A stretch of 64,000 nt of DNA from Lingula anatina (taxonomy: Eukaryota; Animalia; Brachiopoda): assembly GCA_051362555.1 (NCBI GenBank), contig CM120647.1, positions 9,858,001-9,922,000 on the forward strand. Reading direction: 5' to 3'. Positions 36,999 to 50,229 of the stretch are shown here, in pieces. The translations under genes were made by a program, and so were the position numbers. The notes under the pieces were generated by a model. It saw only the letters and a program-made list of their open reading frames with translations. It did not search any database and was not told where the DNA came from. The first letter of the stretch is position 1, and each line of letters opens with the position of its first letter.

Positions 36999-39826
36999 AT
37001 AGACCTTTATTCTGCTCATGGATTTATGTCCAGTCGGTTCATCCCAACCTTGATCATCATGTATTGCTTGTGAAGAAATTCACACTTAGCAAATATTTAA
37101 ATGATTACATCATTATATTTGGAGTTATAGGTCTACACAAATGCATACCAATTCACACTTGATGATTGCAATTAAAAGTGACACCTGGTGGTAAAGAAAG
37201 GGAAGGCACACTTAGCAGGGGCAGACTCCCTACATAAATGATTACATCACTGTATTTACAGTTACAGGTCTACATGAAAGCATACCAATTTCACAAATGA
37301 TCGCAATTATAAGCGACACCTGGTGTTGAAGATAAACCATGAACAAATGGCCGAAGTTTCTGTAATTATATATTCTACCTAAGATATCATTGCTACTGCG
37401 TCTAATTGACTTGCATGTGTGGAGTAAGCGTTGTTGTACTTTTCCCAGACAGTCCATTCCCTGGTGGTTTATTTGTTCAATTAATGGTAATTTGCGGAAT
37501 GATTTTATTGCTTCCATATAACTCCATTATCACAGTCTTTCTAGCGAACACTCAGTGCTGTTTTTCATTTATGATACCTGCATTATGATGAAATATGTGC
37601 ATGCAATGAAAATATATAGTAAATAATTATATATTTTGATTAAAATTATTATTATTAACAAACTTGAAGGGTTGGATTAATAAACCATGAAGAGTTGGAG
37701 TAATGATATGATGGAATATATGGAATATTTAGATAGAATTTAAACTTAGTATAAACTGTAATAACTTAAGAAAAGAAAGAGCTGCTTCAAACAAAATATA
37801 GTTACTTTGTACATAGGAGCTTTCTCAGTTATTCAACATATACTTGGAATGACATTCAAGTTGTACTAAGGTACACAAACATGGGTTAGAGATCCTTGCT
37901 TTCCTAGAGATTTGGCAAGTAAATTGGAAAGATAAATAGACGAAGGAGTTGTATTAGATAAGTGGGGAGATGTTATTTCTCCGTCTTCTGAAATTGGCAT
38001 CCATTCACGATGTGTACACTGTACCTTCCTCGTCCACATATAAAAGGGGAAAAAGGGAAAGGAAGGAGAAATTGCCAAAAATAATTATTGACCCATAAAG
38101 ATATGAAATCGTATCGATAATGCCATTTTTCTTCTTTTACAAAAAACCCGTTTCCATTCTGATATTTTGTATATCTTTGGTGTCGTACATTCATCAAAAT
38201 CGATGCACATGACCGATTTAAGTGTTGTTCTTTTTACGTTGATTTTCATAGTTGTGGAAGCCTTAAACATAACACAGCATTTAGGCATCACTATGCATGA
38301 ATGGGCTATAATGACTTGATTCTTTTCAAAGTTCTATCAAAAACTACATTCCATTCAGATGTTATGTAGTCTAAAAGAGCTGCATAAGGCGTTTTCTGGT
38401 CTGCATGCATTCTATGTTTTTATTACAAAAAAGCATTTATTTGTATGCCTTCAATGAACTTCTACATTTGATCAATGTTTGTATTTGCCTTTTTTTGTAA
38501 GGTTGGAATTTATTACTTTTCCCACAAGCATATGTTGTCTCTCTGATCTCTGATCCATGTGCTTTTGATTATACATTTTTTTATAAGATTATAAGTTTAT
38601 TTTGATAAATAAAGTTTTAGATGCTTCTGTAGGGTTTTTTTCACCTTTAAGTAAGATAAAAATACTTTTGTATTTCTCTCCTTTAGCTCAGAATCATAAG
38701 AAGAAGAAATTATTTAGATCTCCCTTGGTATTATTTATTCAGCATATATAATTATTGAACAAATGTCAGTATATTGACCAAATACCAAAACATTTTTCAG
38801 AATTTTTAATAATCTTTTAAAGGTTTATCTTTGAGCTAAAAAACATGAATAATTTTAGCTCATGGAGATGACATTTGAATCTTCCTTGGTGAACTTTCAT
38901 ATATTCTGGCAAAGGAATTGATATTATGATACATCAGCTGAAACCTAATAAATTTTCATAAAAGAAGGTGAAATTTATAAGGTTAACTCAAATTTCAAGC
39001 TCCTCACTTATCCCAGTATTTTATTTTTGACAAGAATACTGTTCATATTTAAAAGTGTTATATGAAAATATAATAGGTCACACAATTTAATAAAGGATTG
39101 CCTTATATATTTATTGCTCTGTATTTCGTGGCTTAGAAAAAAATCAAGATTTCATTACAGCTGTTAAAACTGTTGGTGACTATTCCCACTTCAACCATAC
39201 TAATACCATACAGGTTGTCCTGTCACGCTGGGATATAGGGATGAAAATTCCTTTTCATGACCAATGAAATGTCATTAAATATCCCACTTAACCTGATGGA
39301 AAAGGATGTTTTCTGAGATAACTGATTTCTGAGACAACTGTTTTTCTTACTTTGCCAAACTTATGCCAAATCAGTAGAATATTGAAATCCCTACAGCCAT
39401 AACAAGACATCTGAAGAAAATGGACAGTGCTTTTATGATAGTATGGGACTAGTTTTTTTGGCGCAAATACATTAACCTGGGACAGTTTTGGGTGCTAACT
39501 GGTGAGATTGGATGGTAAATATTAAAAAAAAACAAGAGTAGGGCTTATAAGGCTTATAACGGTCTTCAAGAGTTTTTGAGTTGAAGACAAATTTATTTAG
39601 CGATCAATTTGACACCAAGTATGAATAGCAAGAAGGTTATCAGGGAGACCTATGTTTTTCTTTGAGGTCATATTGATCAAAACAGAATTTAAATATTTTT
39701 TTATTCCCACACTTTTTGTCTTCCATCTCTCTTTTTTTCTTTATTCATCTCTTTGAACCCTTCTGTCCATCCTTCCATTCATCACACTTCTTAGTTGAAA
39801 AATAACATAGAACCTAGATCAAATTT

Positions 39827-39967
39827 CATGGGCGAAAATTGTCATGATTTTTAACCGATTTCAGGATTTTCAGTCTTTATTTTGATCCTTAATCATATGG
39901 TCAAAATGCCTTGAGAAATTGCCACCTATGTTTTCAGGATTTTCAGTTTTAACAACTTTCACCCATG
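39827..39967. mobile_element. Small MITE with CATGGG(C/T)GAAA TIRs; partial relative at ~57880-57960
   Basis: CATGGGCGAAAATTGT / ACAACTTTCACCCATG; the shared segment TTTTCAG..AACAACT.TCACCCATGAAATT recurs at ~57895. Confidence 0.55.
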
Positions 39968-41237
39968 AAATTGACATTGATTTAGCCAAAAGGTGGTTTT
40001 GGGGGAAGGGGGAGGGGGTTCTTACGACCGCCCCCTCACATTCTCACTGCCCATGTGCCTGGGTCACAGTGGGAACTCATATGCTTTTAACATTTCCAAT
40101 CAAAGTGGTTATCATAAACCAGCCAGCTTCTGTGGTGTTCAGGGTCTATTCTCCGCACAATACAACAGGTGAACCGCAAGTCATTATAAAACATCAAAGC
40201 TTACTAGAATTTCCCTGGAGTATTCCCCGTAGTCTCATTTCAGCCTGTGATCTTTTGGCAGGGTGATAAGGATGTGTTTTCTAGTTAATGTTCTGGCTCC
40301 CTGGACTTATTGACGGTAAACCAAACTGTCATCGGAGTTTTCAATAAAGAAATACAGCAAAAATGTGGCACAGATTAAACAGGTTTGGTATTTTCAATCT
40401 GTTGACTGCATGTGGCCAATATGGAGGCATCCACATTAACCTTATCAACCGTTGTGGTGTGTGGGCAGCAATGGGACTAGATAGTCTTTTGTGGTTAGAT
40501 ATTGTAATCATACTGTCAGCAAGATAGTGTGTGTATATATAATTAATTTGTCACAACTTGGCAGGAATGAGTCTTCATAATGCATCCATATTAACTGAAA
40601 GCAACACAATTGACTAGAAATAAACCTTTACACGTGTTGAAGAATTTCTAATCATAACAGGCCAGTCATATGACTTAAGCCAACCACAGTTACAGTGTGT
40701 GGGAAAACAGAGATTAGATAGACTGCATGTGGTTAGAAATTTAAATCACAAGATCGGCAAGTTTGTGGTAAATAAGTTAAGCTGTTACAACTCAATTGGA
40801 AACACGTCTTCTTCGTACACCTCCAGGATTTCTTCTATATTACTTGATCAAAAGACTGCTTCTTGTTCTCTGGGTCATTTTTTTACTCTCTGAAGAATTA
40901 ATTCTAACATTATCTGTGATCAAAGAGAAAAGTTAGGCTGAAAATAACCACTTTATTGGCTTCCTTTCTTTGAAGCAACTCAATATTCCAAGGAAGGTGA
41001 TTTGGTAAATAATCTAAGAATGAACAGGTGTGCTTTAATTGATAGTCATCTTTCTTCTCCATTATTTGTTAGTTATTTAAAGCAGTTCAAATCACAGTTT
41101 TACCAAGAAATGGCTTTTTATGAAGGAGAGATAAAGAAAAATATACAGAAGGTTAGGTCTAAATGCTCTGCAAATCAGGCTTTGATGGGATTATTATGAA
41201 ACCACACTCTGTGGTTGGGAAGCACATGTAAGGAGAG

Positions 41238-41632
41238 CCGGTACATTGAGGTATGTGGTACATTGAGTTAGGAGTGCTGGTACATTGTGTTAGGAAAGCT
41301 GGTACAATGTGTTAGGTATGCTGGTACATTGTCCTTGAACAGCTGGTACACTGTGTCAGGTATGTGAGTACATTGTGTTAGGTGTGCTGGTACACTGTGT
41401 CAGGTATGTGAGTACATTGTGTTAGGTGTGCTGGTACACTGTGTCAGGTATGTGAGTACATTGTGTTAGGTGTGCTGGTACACTGTGTCAGGTATGTGAG
41501 TACATTGTGTTAGGGGTGCTGGTACACTGTCAGGTATGTGAGTACATTGTGTTAGGTGTGCTGGTACATTGTGTTAGGTGTGCTGGTACATTGTGTTAGG
41601 TGTGCTGGTACATTGTGTTAGGTGTGCTGGTT
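41238..41632. repeat. ~21-bp minisatellite with ~42-bp higher-order dimer
   Basis: GTGTGCTGGTACA(T/C)TGTGT(T/C)AG alternating with GTATGTGAGTACATTGTGTTAG. Confidence 0.9.
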
Positions 41633-42072
41633 CAACAGTATTGAAAGGTATTTAGAAATGCCCCAAAAGACCCTGAAACCAATGTGCAATCATTTTTCTT
41701 TCATTTTTTTTTTCATAAAACTTTGAAGTATCTTGACAAGAAAAAAAAAACAGTGCATTAGTCTAACAGAGCCCATCATATTGACCACATGAAAAGATGA
41801 AAAAACACTAGAAATCCAGGATGTTTCAAGGAGTAATAAACACCTCAATATAGAAAGGAAGCAGAATATGAATGCGTAACTGTCCCTACTGCAGCCAGGG
41901 TCATGGAATTGGTACCTATGGTAACGGTTAGCATGGAAACCACTCAGCACTTTCCTTGGTATCAGCTGAGGATCAGCCCATACCATGTGATATCATGCCT
42001 CACACTCCTCTCATACCTGCTACATGGGGATAGACAGAGAGGTTGTTTGTGTCTAGAAATACTGGATCATAC

Positions 42073-42120
<48 letters not shown>

Positions 42121-42704
42121 AGAGGGGGGAGGGAGGGGAGAGAGAGAGAGAGAGGAGGGGGGGGAGGAGGAGAGAGAGAGTGAGGAAAGGAGGGATGGGA
42201 AGAAAGAGAGAGAGACTAGGATTGAGAGAGAGATGGAGAAATAGAATCTAGGGTTGGATTTAGGATTGAAAGAGATGGGGCGAGAGAGAGAAAGAGGGAT
42301 GGAAGGAGAAAGAGAGAGAGACAGGCAGGCAAATATACTTTCATACAGACAAAATGCTATATTTAATTGAGATATATGTACAAAAAAATTAATAAAATAA
42401 AATACAATACACCTGGAATTAAAATATTTATGCTTAATAAAAATGCACCAAAACAGACACAGTCAAAACAAACATCTAAATCAATGTAACTGTTCATTAG
42501 TTCTGTGGTGATGTGACAGTGAACAAAGAAACGGGGGAGTGGAAATATTGATTGCTAGATCAGGCCATAATCAGACCATGGTTTTTGTCTCTGTTTTTTT
42601 GTTGATATACAGCATGCTTTATGAGTTATAGATGTGTTTGAGGGCAAGAATTGGGGGGGGGGGGGTTTCTTCTTACATCACCTTGATGTAGATCTCTCTC
42701 ATTC

Positions 42705-42806
<102 letters not shown>

Positions 42807-43931
42807 ATAAAAGACTAGTGAAATTATGTAAATATTTATGATATTTCGGTATTAATATTAAAAATGCACAGTGGCTTTGCTGCACTTGCTTAATCATATC
42901 AAAAAATTAATTGATGAAGACGAGTTTTTATGTTAATGCAGTAACCATGTTGTCAATTTGGCTGACACTAAGATGGGTTTCCATTTAGTCAGATAACTGG
43001 ATGATTTTCTCAAAGTTGATTTAAGCAAAGATAAAAGAGAAATTAATAAAAGCCCTATTAACTATAGCAAGATAAAAGTACAATATTTTACAGTTTCCTT
43101 AGCCTTGGTGCAAAAAAACCAGCATTTGGTCATAATTTCCTGTGCTGAATTGAGTTTGGGATTTGCGGAGAGCTATTTTTTATCTGCATGCCATGTTACC
43201 TTCTAATTTCCACATCGGTGAATTTTGTTATGAGGAAAGTTTGATATGTGCATGGTATGCTGAGGCAGTTAGGGCAAGACATTTTCCTCGGGGACAAAAA
43301 TAATTGAATTTGTATTCACAGAGAGCCATCATCATTTATTCTCTGTTTCTGCATTTCGGCAGTGATTTTAACCATAGTTGACATAACGGCGAGAAGAATT
43401 TGAACTTTTGTAAAGAATATGGTAAACTTAAAACGTCAAATCTGATATTTTCAGTAATTTTAATTGGAATTACTCGGTAATTTTACATTTCTCACTTTTC
43501 TGAACATTTTATTATTTAAGGATCATATTTTGATTTAACTTACAGCAGAATATTGTGACCTGAACACAGGTTTTCATAAGGATGCTTTAAATCAATATTT
43601 TTAAGAATTCAAGACAAAACATTGTTTTTATGTTTATTTTTTTTATTGGTGAACAAAATCTGTTTCAGTTTAGGGTAAAATATCAGTAAGCTCACTTAGA
43701 GTAAGTCTTCAGTAGGCATAGCACAATGTATTTCAACAGTGCCAACAGCTGTCAAGATATGAGTCAGAACATAGATTGAAAGATTTGATTTAGATCCTAA
43801 AAAACTTAAATTGAATTCACTGTTTTTTATTCTTTTTTGTGAGTTAGAGTCGTTTTTCTCTCTGCTTTTGACCTAAAAACTGAAAAAGGGAAAATTATTT
43901 CTGCAAAATTTTATCATGGAGGTCATATATA

Positions 43932-44140
43932 AGGGCTCATTCACACTGACTTCATCGGTCTTTGTAGATCGATCCAACTTTGCAAGGACTCCCGCTGGCT
44001 GCAATCAGTTTAACAGATTTACATGCCGGGCATTGAGTAGAATACTGAAAAGCTGGTGACTATATGATTGTATTCAGCAAGAGTCCCCGCAGAGTTGGAT
44101 CGAGCTACATGGACTGATGGTGTCTATGGAAATGAGCCCT
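43932..44140. mobile_element. Fold-back MITE, Harbinger-like
   Basis: Perfect TIR AGGGCTCATT / AATGAGCCCT with internal arms GTAGATCGATCCAACT / AGTTGGATCGAGCTAC. Confidence 0.75.
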
Positions 44141-45017
44141 ATTACTCTCTCGAGGAAAGTATTGTGGCACTGTTTAAAAATAGTTTTATAAAATTATAAA
44201 AGATATGATAGGCATATCTAGTATTGAATCTTTTTGCATTTGATTTAGGATAAAATAGCTCTACAAGTATTGTCGTTTCAGGATAAAGTTCTAAACGTTT
44301 TGAATCTGGATAATAAATTTACTAGTAATATTTTTATCTTAAGCCAGAAAATTCATTTGATAAGACTTAGTAGGGTAAAATAGTAACTTGAGTATTATGA
44401 TTTTATATAATAAAGGAAAAATCTGAAACTTGAAAACAGTTGTAATGCTTTTATCTGAAACCAGTAGAAAAAAAATGCAATATAGAATATAACGAAAACA
44501 ACCTGTGAGAGTTGCACTGTAGAATTTCCAGAGCCTCAATATAACTCTTAGCTCAACGTGATGTAAATGCTCTCCACTGTCACACAGAACCTATTCCCTA
44601 AATGTTTAATCCATAATGCAGTGTGGTTGCCCAACTTATGAAACATGACTAAAAGGGCATTGGTTCTTAGGGGAAATCAGCTTATTTAGCATGCGTTCTT
44701 GGACCTCTTTTGCATTAGTGAACACTGAATGGCAAAGGTACCTTTAGATTTTGAACCTGGAGATCAATTTGCTGCCCAGAGGTAGAAAAAATGTAATAAA
44801 TAAATGACGATAGCATGGGAATCATGAAAGGCATGAGGTAAACAGATCAGATGAATAATTAGTTATTTAGATTATAAACCATTTTGTTATTAAGTATTTG
44901 TTGAGTGCTCTGACGAGTTGTAGGCGAGCTGGTATCAGTGCTTTGGGGGGGGGGGGTTCCAAACAGACAAACAAACAAACAAAAACTTGTCAATGAGTGA
45001 AAAATTGATCTTAACTT

Positions 45018-45118
<101 letters not shown>

Positions 45119-45414
45119 CTGCTTTGAACCCTGCTAACATGAAGACAATTGCCTGTTTCCCAACAAATGAGAAATCACCATTGTGTGCCTGTGACAACAA
45201 ATTTCAAAGGTAGTTGTGGGGTGCCGTGGGGTTCTTCTGAAAAAGTGGACCTTTTAACCAGCTTACTTGACCTAACTTGAGTTGAAAAATGGCACAGAAC
45301 CTAGAAGAAATTGCCATTTAGAGAAGACCTCCTCTGGTCAAAAGGGTTGTTCTTCGGAGCCCCCTACCAACCCTCCTTGTCTATAGACCTGAAATGCCTT
45401 ATGTAGATACATTA

Positions 45415-45846
45415 GGGGACCATGCCCAGACCCTATCGTACTAACTGTGGTTCAATCTATCACCAAGGGGATTTTGGCTAAATTGCAATCAATTTAAACG
45501 GCTTAGATGTCAGTCATGACTATACTGAAGCTGCAAGGGGGTACTGAATTAATTATCGATCAGCAGCACGGGCAGAGCCAGAGATATTTTCTGAGAGTCT
45601 TCCGAATTATCTCTGTTGATCCATCCTCCATTTTTGACCGTCTTCCGACAGAAAAAATTAGATACCCGTCAATGTAAACTTGAAAATCTGACCTTCTTCC
45701 GGAAGACCCAGAAGACGGCCTAAATCCGCCCCTGAGCAGCTTCAGTAGGCATGCCAGACATCTAAGCCGCTTAAGCTAGAGCAATTTAGCAAGAAAGCTC
45801 TCGGAGATGGATCGATCCTGCTAGATGGGTCTAGCTTAGAGAACCC
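45415..45846. mobile_element. Fold-back MITE interrupted by a nested ~168-bp MITE (45567-45734)
   Basis: Outer arms GCTAAATTGC..CGGCTTAGATGTC..TACTGAAGCTGC / GCAGCTTCAGTA..GACATCTAAGCCG..GCAATTTAGC; inner element ends ATCCGCCCCTG and is flanked by AGCAG direct repeats. Confidence 0.7.
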
Positions 45847-47535
45847 TGTCATAGTTGCTATGTTTTAGCAGACAACTACTGGACTCCAAGCTCCAACAAT
45901 TATTGCACCGTGGCTCCATCTGTGGGGAATACAAAGCTCAAGCCTCTGTGTCGCAGACGTCATTGGCACCACGCCAGAGTTAAAACCTTTTATTGCATTA
46001 CACTGTCAGAAAACTCAATTAATGCCTTCACTTTTGTGGCAGACAATATTGGTGTTCTCATTGTTAAGTATCTTATATGGCCTCTGGTTAGGATTGCATA
46101 AAGCAATAACCGTTTCATTAAAGAATGATGAGTTTTACGTAATTGTGATGGTTTTAATGTGGACTTCTTCTAAAAATGTCATTTGAATAAAGGTATGTTT
46201 TCATTTGGGTTGCAATGACTTTATTTGATACAGTCCATCTCAGAAAGTTAATTAAGATTATTCACCGTGAGAAACTGGTCTTACAGAAGACAATTAGTTT
46301 ATTACAGTGTCGATGGGTGGTACAACAGAAGGATTAGATTGGTTTCATATGGTGAGCTAACGATGCACAGCTCTCTGTGGATTTCCATTTACCTAGGATT
46401 ACAGGGGTGGTGAGCCATACAACTGAGGGATTAGATTGATATTCTTTAGTAAACATGTTTTGACCAGCTGAAAATTAATATTCTGTTGACTGCTAAATCC
46501 CACTCCCATCTCTCCATCTCCCATAAACAGTTATCAAATACTATGTTTTTCTGATACCTTAGACGTAAGTTTCACTTTTTGCTTGTTTGTCATTTAAGTA
46601 CTGGGGGGGGGGGGGGGGGGTGTCAGACCTGTTGCCATTGCAATGCAAAGGTGTAAAATGGATTGTATTGTGCCTGGTGGACCAAAAGTGACTAGGAACG
46701 GCATGTAGGTCCATAGATAGCATTAACCTAATCATTTAGTATACAACAGGTCATTGAGGAATTTTATGAGGCATGTAATTCCTTAAAATACTAGATAATT
46801 CTAATGGAGTTTATAAGGTTATCATAGAAGGCATGTTATACATAGAGAGTTTTTGTGTACGTCACTTTTGTAATTTTTAGGCTTTGGGGTTTGATAATGA
46901 GGCTAACTGCCATATCATACATTGTGTTCTTATCTACTGTATATGTTTTTATGTAAATCATAAAAGATGAAAATGAAAAGGATTTTTAGTATGATTATGC
47001 ACCTGACACTGTAATAAAAGATGTTAGACGTACTGGGGACCAAAATATGATGACCTTTTCAAGTTATTTTCTCTTTAGAGAATGCTTGAAGTTGAACATT
47101 CATTGGGAGGTTCTTGATGAATGCCATGCCTCATTTAACTAATATAATTATTGAAAGCCAAAGTCTCATTTGTCTTTTAGACATCAATCAAAAGAAACAA
47201 TGTGATATAACCATAGCAAGTTTATTTAGATTTTGAGTATAATAGAAAATTATAATTGGACATTTTCCTCTTTGCTTTTAATACTGTTATCAATTAAAAA
47301 TAATCCTTTCAAATTTGTATTTTTATTTTCTATAGAATTTTTTTATGGATTTTTAACTCTCAATAAATAATTGAATAAATATGTTATCATTATTATTATT
47401 TCTACTGTCATTATTGTTATTATTATTATTAATGCTGGTTGTTTTCTTCTTTTCATTTCATTTTCCATCATTGTCTGTGGCCATCATCTCTCTCTTGGTA
47501 CGACATATCGATTGTTGCCATGCTGGATCTTATAG

Positions 47536-47554
47536 CCACAAGAGGGCGCCAAAG
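47536..47554 (+). CDS. KIF13: KIF13 exon 3 (19-nt microexon)
   Basis: tatag|CCACAAGAGGGCGCCAAAG|gtaaat; bridges phase 2 (exon 2) to phase 0 (exon 4), giving DKDSHKRAPKTFAFDHSFWS. Confidence 0.8.
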
Positions 47555-47729
47555 GTAAATGACTTGTTTTTGTTTTTGTTACACTTAGGAAGAAAGTATA
47601 GTAAGTACGTAATGCAAAAGCACTCAACTCAAATGAAATACAAGTACTAGTGTCACCCGCATACACTCACTTATACAAGCACGTTACAAAAAATATGTTA
47701 TTGTGATTCATAGGTACAATACAAAGAGA

Positions 47730-48121
47730 TGAGTTGCATAACGTGGATACATCACAAACAGATATTATTACAAATTGCATAACATGAATACATTACAGAC
47801 ATACTGGGGTAGCGCTAGCAATTTTTTTCACTTAGCCAAATCACCACATTTTTGTCAATTTGTTATCAAAATGGTTATAATTTGGCTAAAACATGTCAAA
47901 TCAAGCCCTTTTTCTTTAGCCAATTTAAGTCAGTTTTAGCATTTGGCTAAATTGGCGAGTGTTAGCGCTACCCCAGACATATATTATAACTCATTGAATA
48001 ACATGGATACATAAGAAACAGATGTTATAACACATTTCATAACATGGGTACATTACAGACATATTTTATAACAAATTGTGTAACGTGGATACATTAGAAA
48101 CAAATTTTATAACACATTGCA
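47730..48121. repeat. Degenerate ~40-bp tandem array interrupted by a MITE
   Basis: Units like TTGCATAACATGGATACATTACAGACATATATTATAAC on both sides of the 47804-47976 insertion. Confidence 0.7.
47804..47976. mobile_element. 173-bp MITE with 14-bp TIRs and 5-bp TSD
   Basis: ACATA|CTGGGGTAGCGCTA...TAGCGCTACCCCAG|ACATA. Confidence 0.85.
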
Positions 48122-48144
48122 ATAATTTATGTTACTATTTTCAG

Positions 48145-48205
48145 ACTTTTGCATTTGACCATTCCTTCTGGTCCATTGATGAAAATGTCAAGGAAAAATT
48201 TGCTT
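48145..48205 (+). CDS. KIF13: KIF13 exon 4
   Basis: tttcag|TFAFDHSFWSIDENVKEKFA-T|gtaagt. Confidence 0.92.
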
Positions 48206-48207
48206 GT

Positions 48208-48267
<60 letters not shown>

Positions 48268-49918
48268 TTAAAGCTCTTGGCACAGAATGTTATGAAGGCA
48301 ACAACAATAAAACAATTGTGCTGTTGTAAGGAAAGTACTTAATGCATAGAGATTCTGCTATTTTAAAAGCATTTCTGGGACATGGAAAAGCAAAAAAGCA
48401 ATTAAAAGAAACCAAGAAATTGATGCCAGTTGCATTCACATTAATACAGTTTTAAATGAGAAGCAAATTGGTTCCCAGTATCTAATTTAGTTCGAGTTTA
48501 AATAAGATTATGTAACAAATGAAGAAAAACTTCACCTGTAACAAATTAAGAAATTAAAGCTACACCTGCTTAAACTAGCGTGCATGCTGTTGTTTTGTTG
48601 CTGAAGTCTTATGCAGCAAATGCTGATGCTGATGCATGTTGATGAAACAAATCGAAGACTCAAATGAAGCGGCAGTTTCTTGGAGCATACATCATTTGTC
48701 GCACTTTGAAGATTTCATAGAAAATAATCAATTAGCAATTTCATGGGAGAAATTGAGACATGGAAATGTATTAAGTTGTCATCAGTTCCTTTTCCTCAGA
48801 GACTCAAGTGGGAGTGGGATGCAGTCGATGTTATCGCTTTTTATAATGAAGTATTAAGATAAAAAACTTCCAATTAGAGTGTGCATTTTTCTTTTAGTTG
48901 ACTTTGTCTTTCTGGGTAAGATTTAATTTATGATATTGTCTGTATTATAAGATTATGTAATTTGTAACAGAGAGGAAAAACATCAGGCAACAAGTAAGAT
49001 AAGGAATAAAAATCAATTCTACTTATCAAAAATTAAAAAAGTATTTAATGATAATATATATTTAACTATATATGTGATAATATCTTCATAAACTTAGAAA
49101 ACATTTATTAAAAGCTGAAATAGTTGTAGATTAAAAAAAAAAGTAAATACATATTTAGAGTGTTTTAAAGAAGTGATTACTGGTAAATCAAAGTGACAAA
49201 CAGAAGACACTATTAACTGGTAATCTAATTGCACAGTGCCATAATTTTTGTGTAATAAGTGTCACATATTAAAGTTACGTCAACCGTCATTAAGTGGACA
49301 TTAATTATCTTCCGCCTCTTAACAAATGCTTTGAGAATACCCTATCTGATTTAATGTGACGTTCATTTATGCCAATTTGATAGAAGAAAAGATAATAATT
49401 GATAATCAAATGATTTTCAGTGTGACTAAGGAAATTGCAATGCTTTTTATGGAATCTAGAAAGGAAGTGGAATATAATGTTCCGCTGGATTTGTCCAATA
49501 ATTCAGGGCTTCTGCAGCTGTTAATAGGTAACAAACGCTGCAGGTGAAATTTACACTGGTTTGAGAAACGTGTCTAAATTGGTGAACAATTCGATCAGGT
49601 GTGCGTTAGGTGATAGTTGCCAATCTTGTTAAGTCCCATATGGCCTGGTAATTGTCGTAGAAAAGGTTAACTGACTGATGTTGAGTTCCATACTGTATTC
49701 AGGTGACATCTTTTGTCATTATCAACAACAAAGAATATTTTCTGTTCTGATTTTTACATAATTGTTTATAAGAAATACATTTTTGTCTTTAAATGGTGAA
49801 TACACACGCGCATGCACATACATTCACACACACGCATTTTTCCTCAATCAGCAATATTTTTAATAACACATGTTTATGTATATATTTCAAAATATTTTTG
49901 TTTATTTTTTCTGTATAG

Positions 49919-50011
49919 GTCAGTCCACAGTCTATGCCAGATGTGGGAAGGAAGTATTGGACAAAGCATTCCAGGGCTACAATGCCTGTATATTTGCCTA
50001 TGGACAGACAG
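49919..50011 (+). CDS. KIF13: KIF13 exon 5
   Basis: [31 protein letters not shown]|gtaat (P-loop start). Confidence 0.93.
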
Positions 50012-50229
50012 GTAATGTTTTATATAATAGGAGAATTTCTGTCTTCTGGGCTCACACATTAAAAAATATATATTAAGTTATTATCAAGGCTTTACCCAGA
50101 GAGCCGTCCAGCCATCATATGGATGTCCATTAGCTTGAAAACATCACCTGTATTTCCAAAGATGGCTTGATGGCTTACAAAATTTGGGGTTGGTTGGTTA
50201 GGCTTGCTTGGGTTGGACTCCCTGTGAAT

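Noticed and set aside
37866-38291. Two in-frame ORFs split by one stop, with an EGF-like CIDFDEC
   Set aside because: No further EGF cysteine spacing, no convincing splice sites and no ATG at the predicted starts; likely chance.
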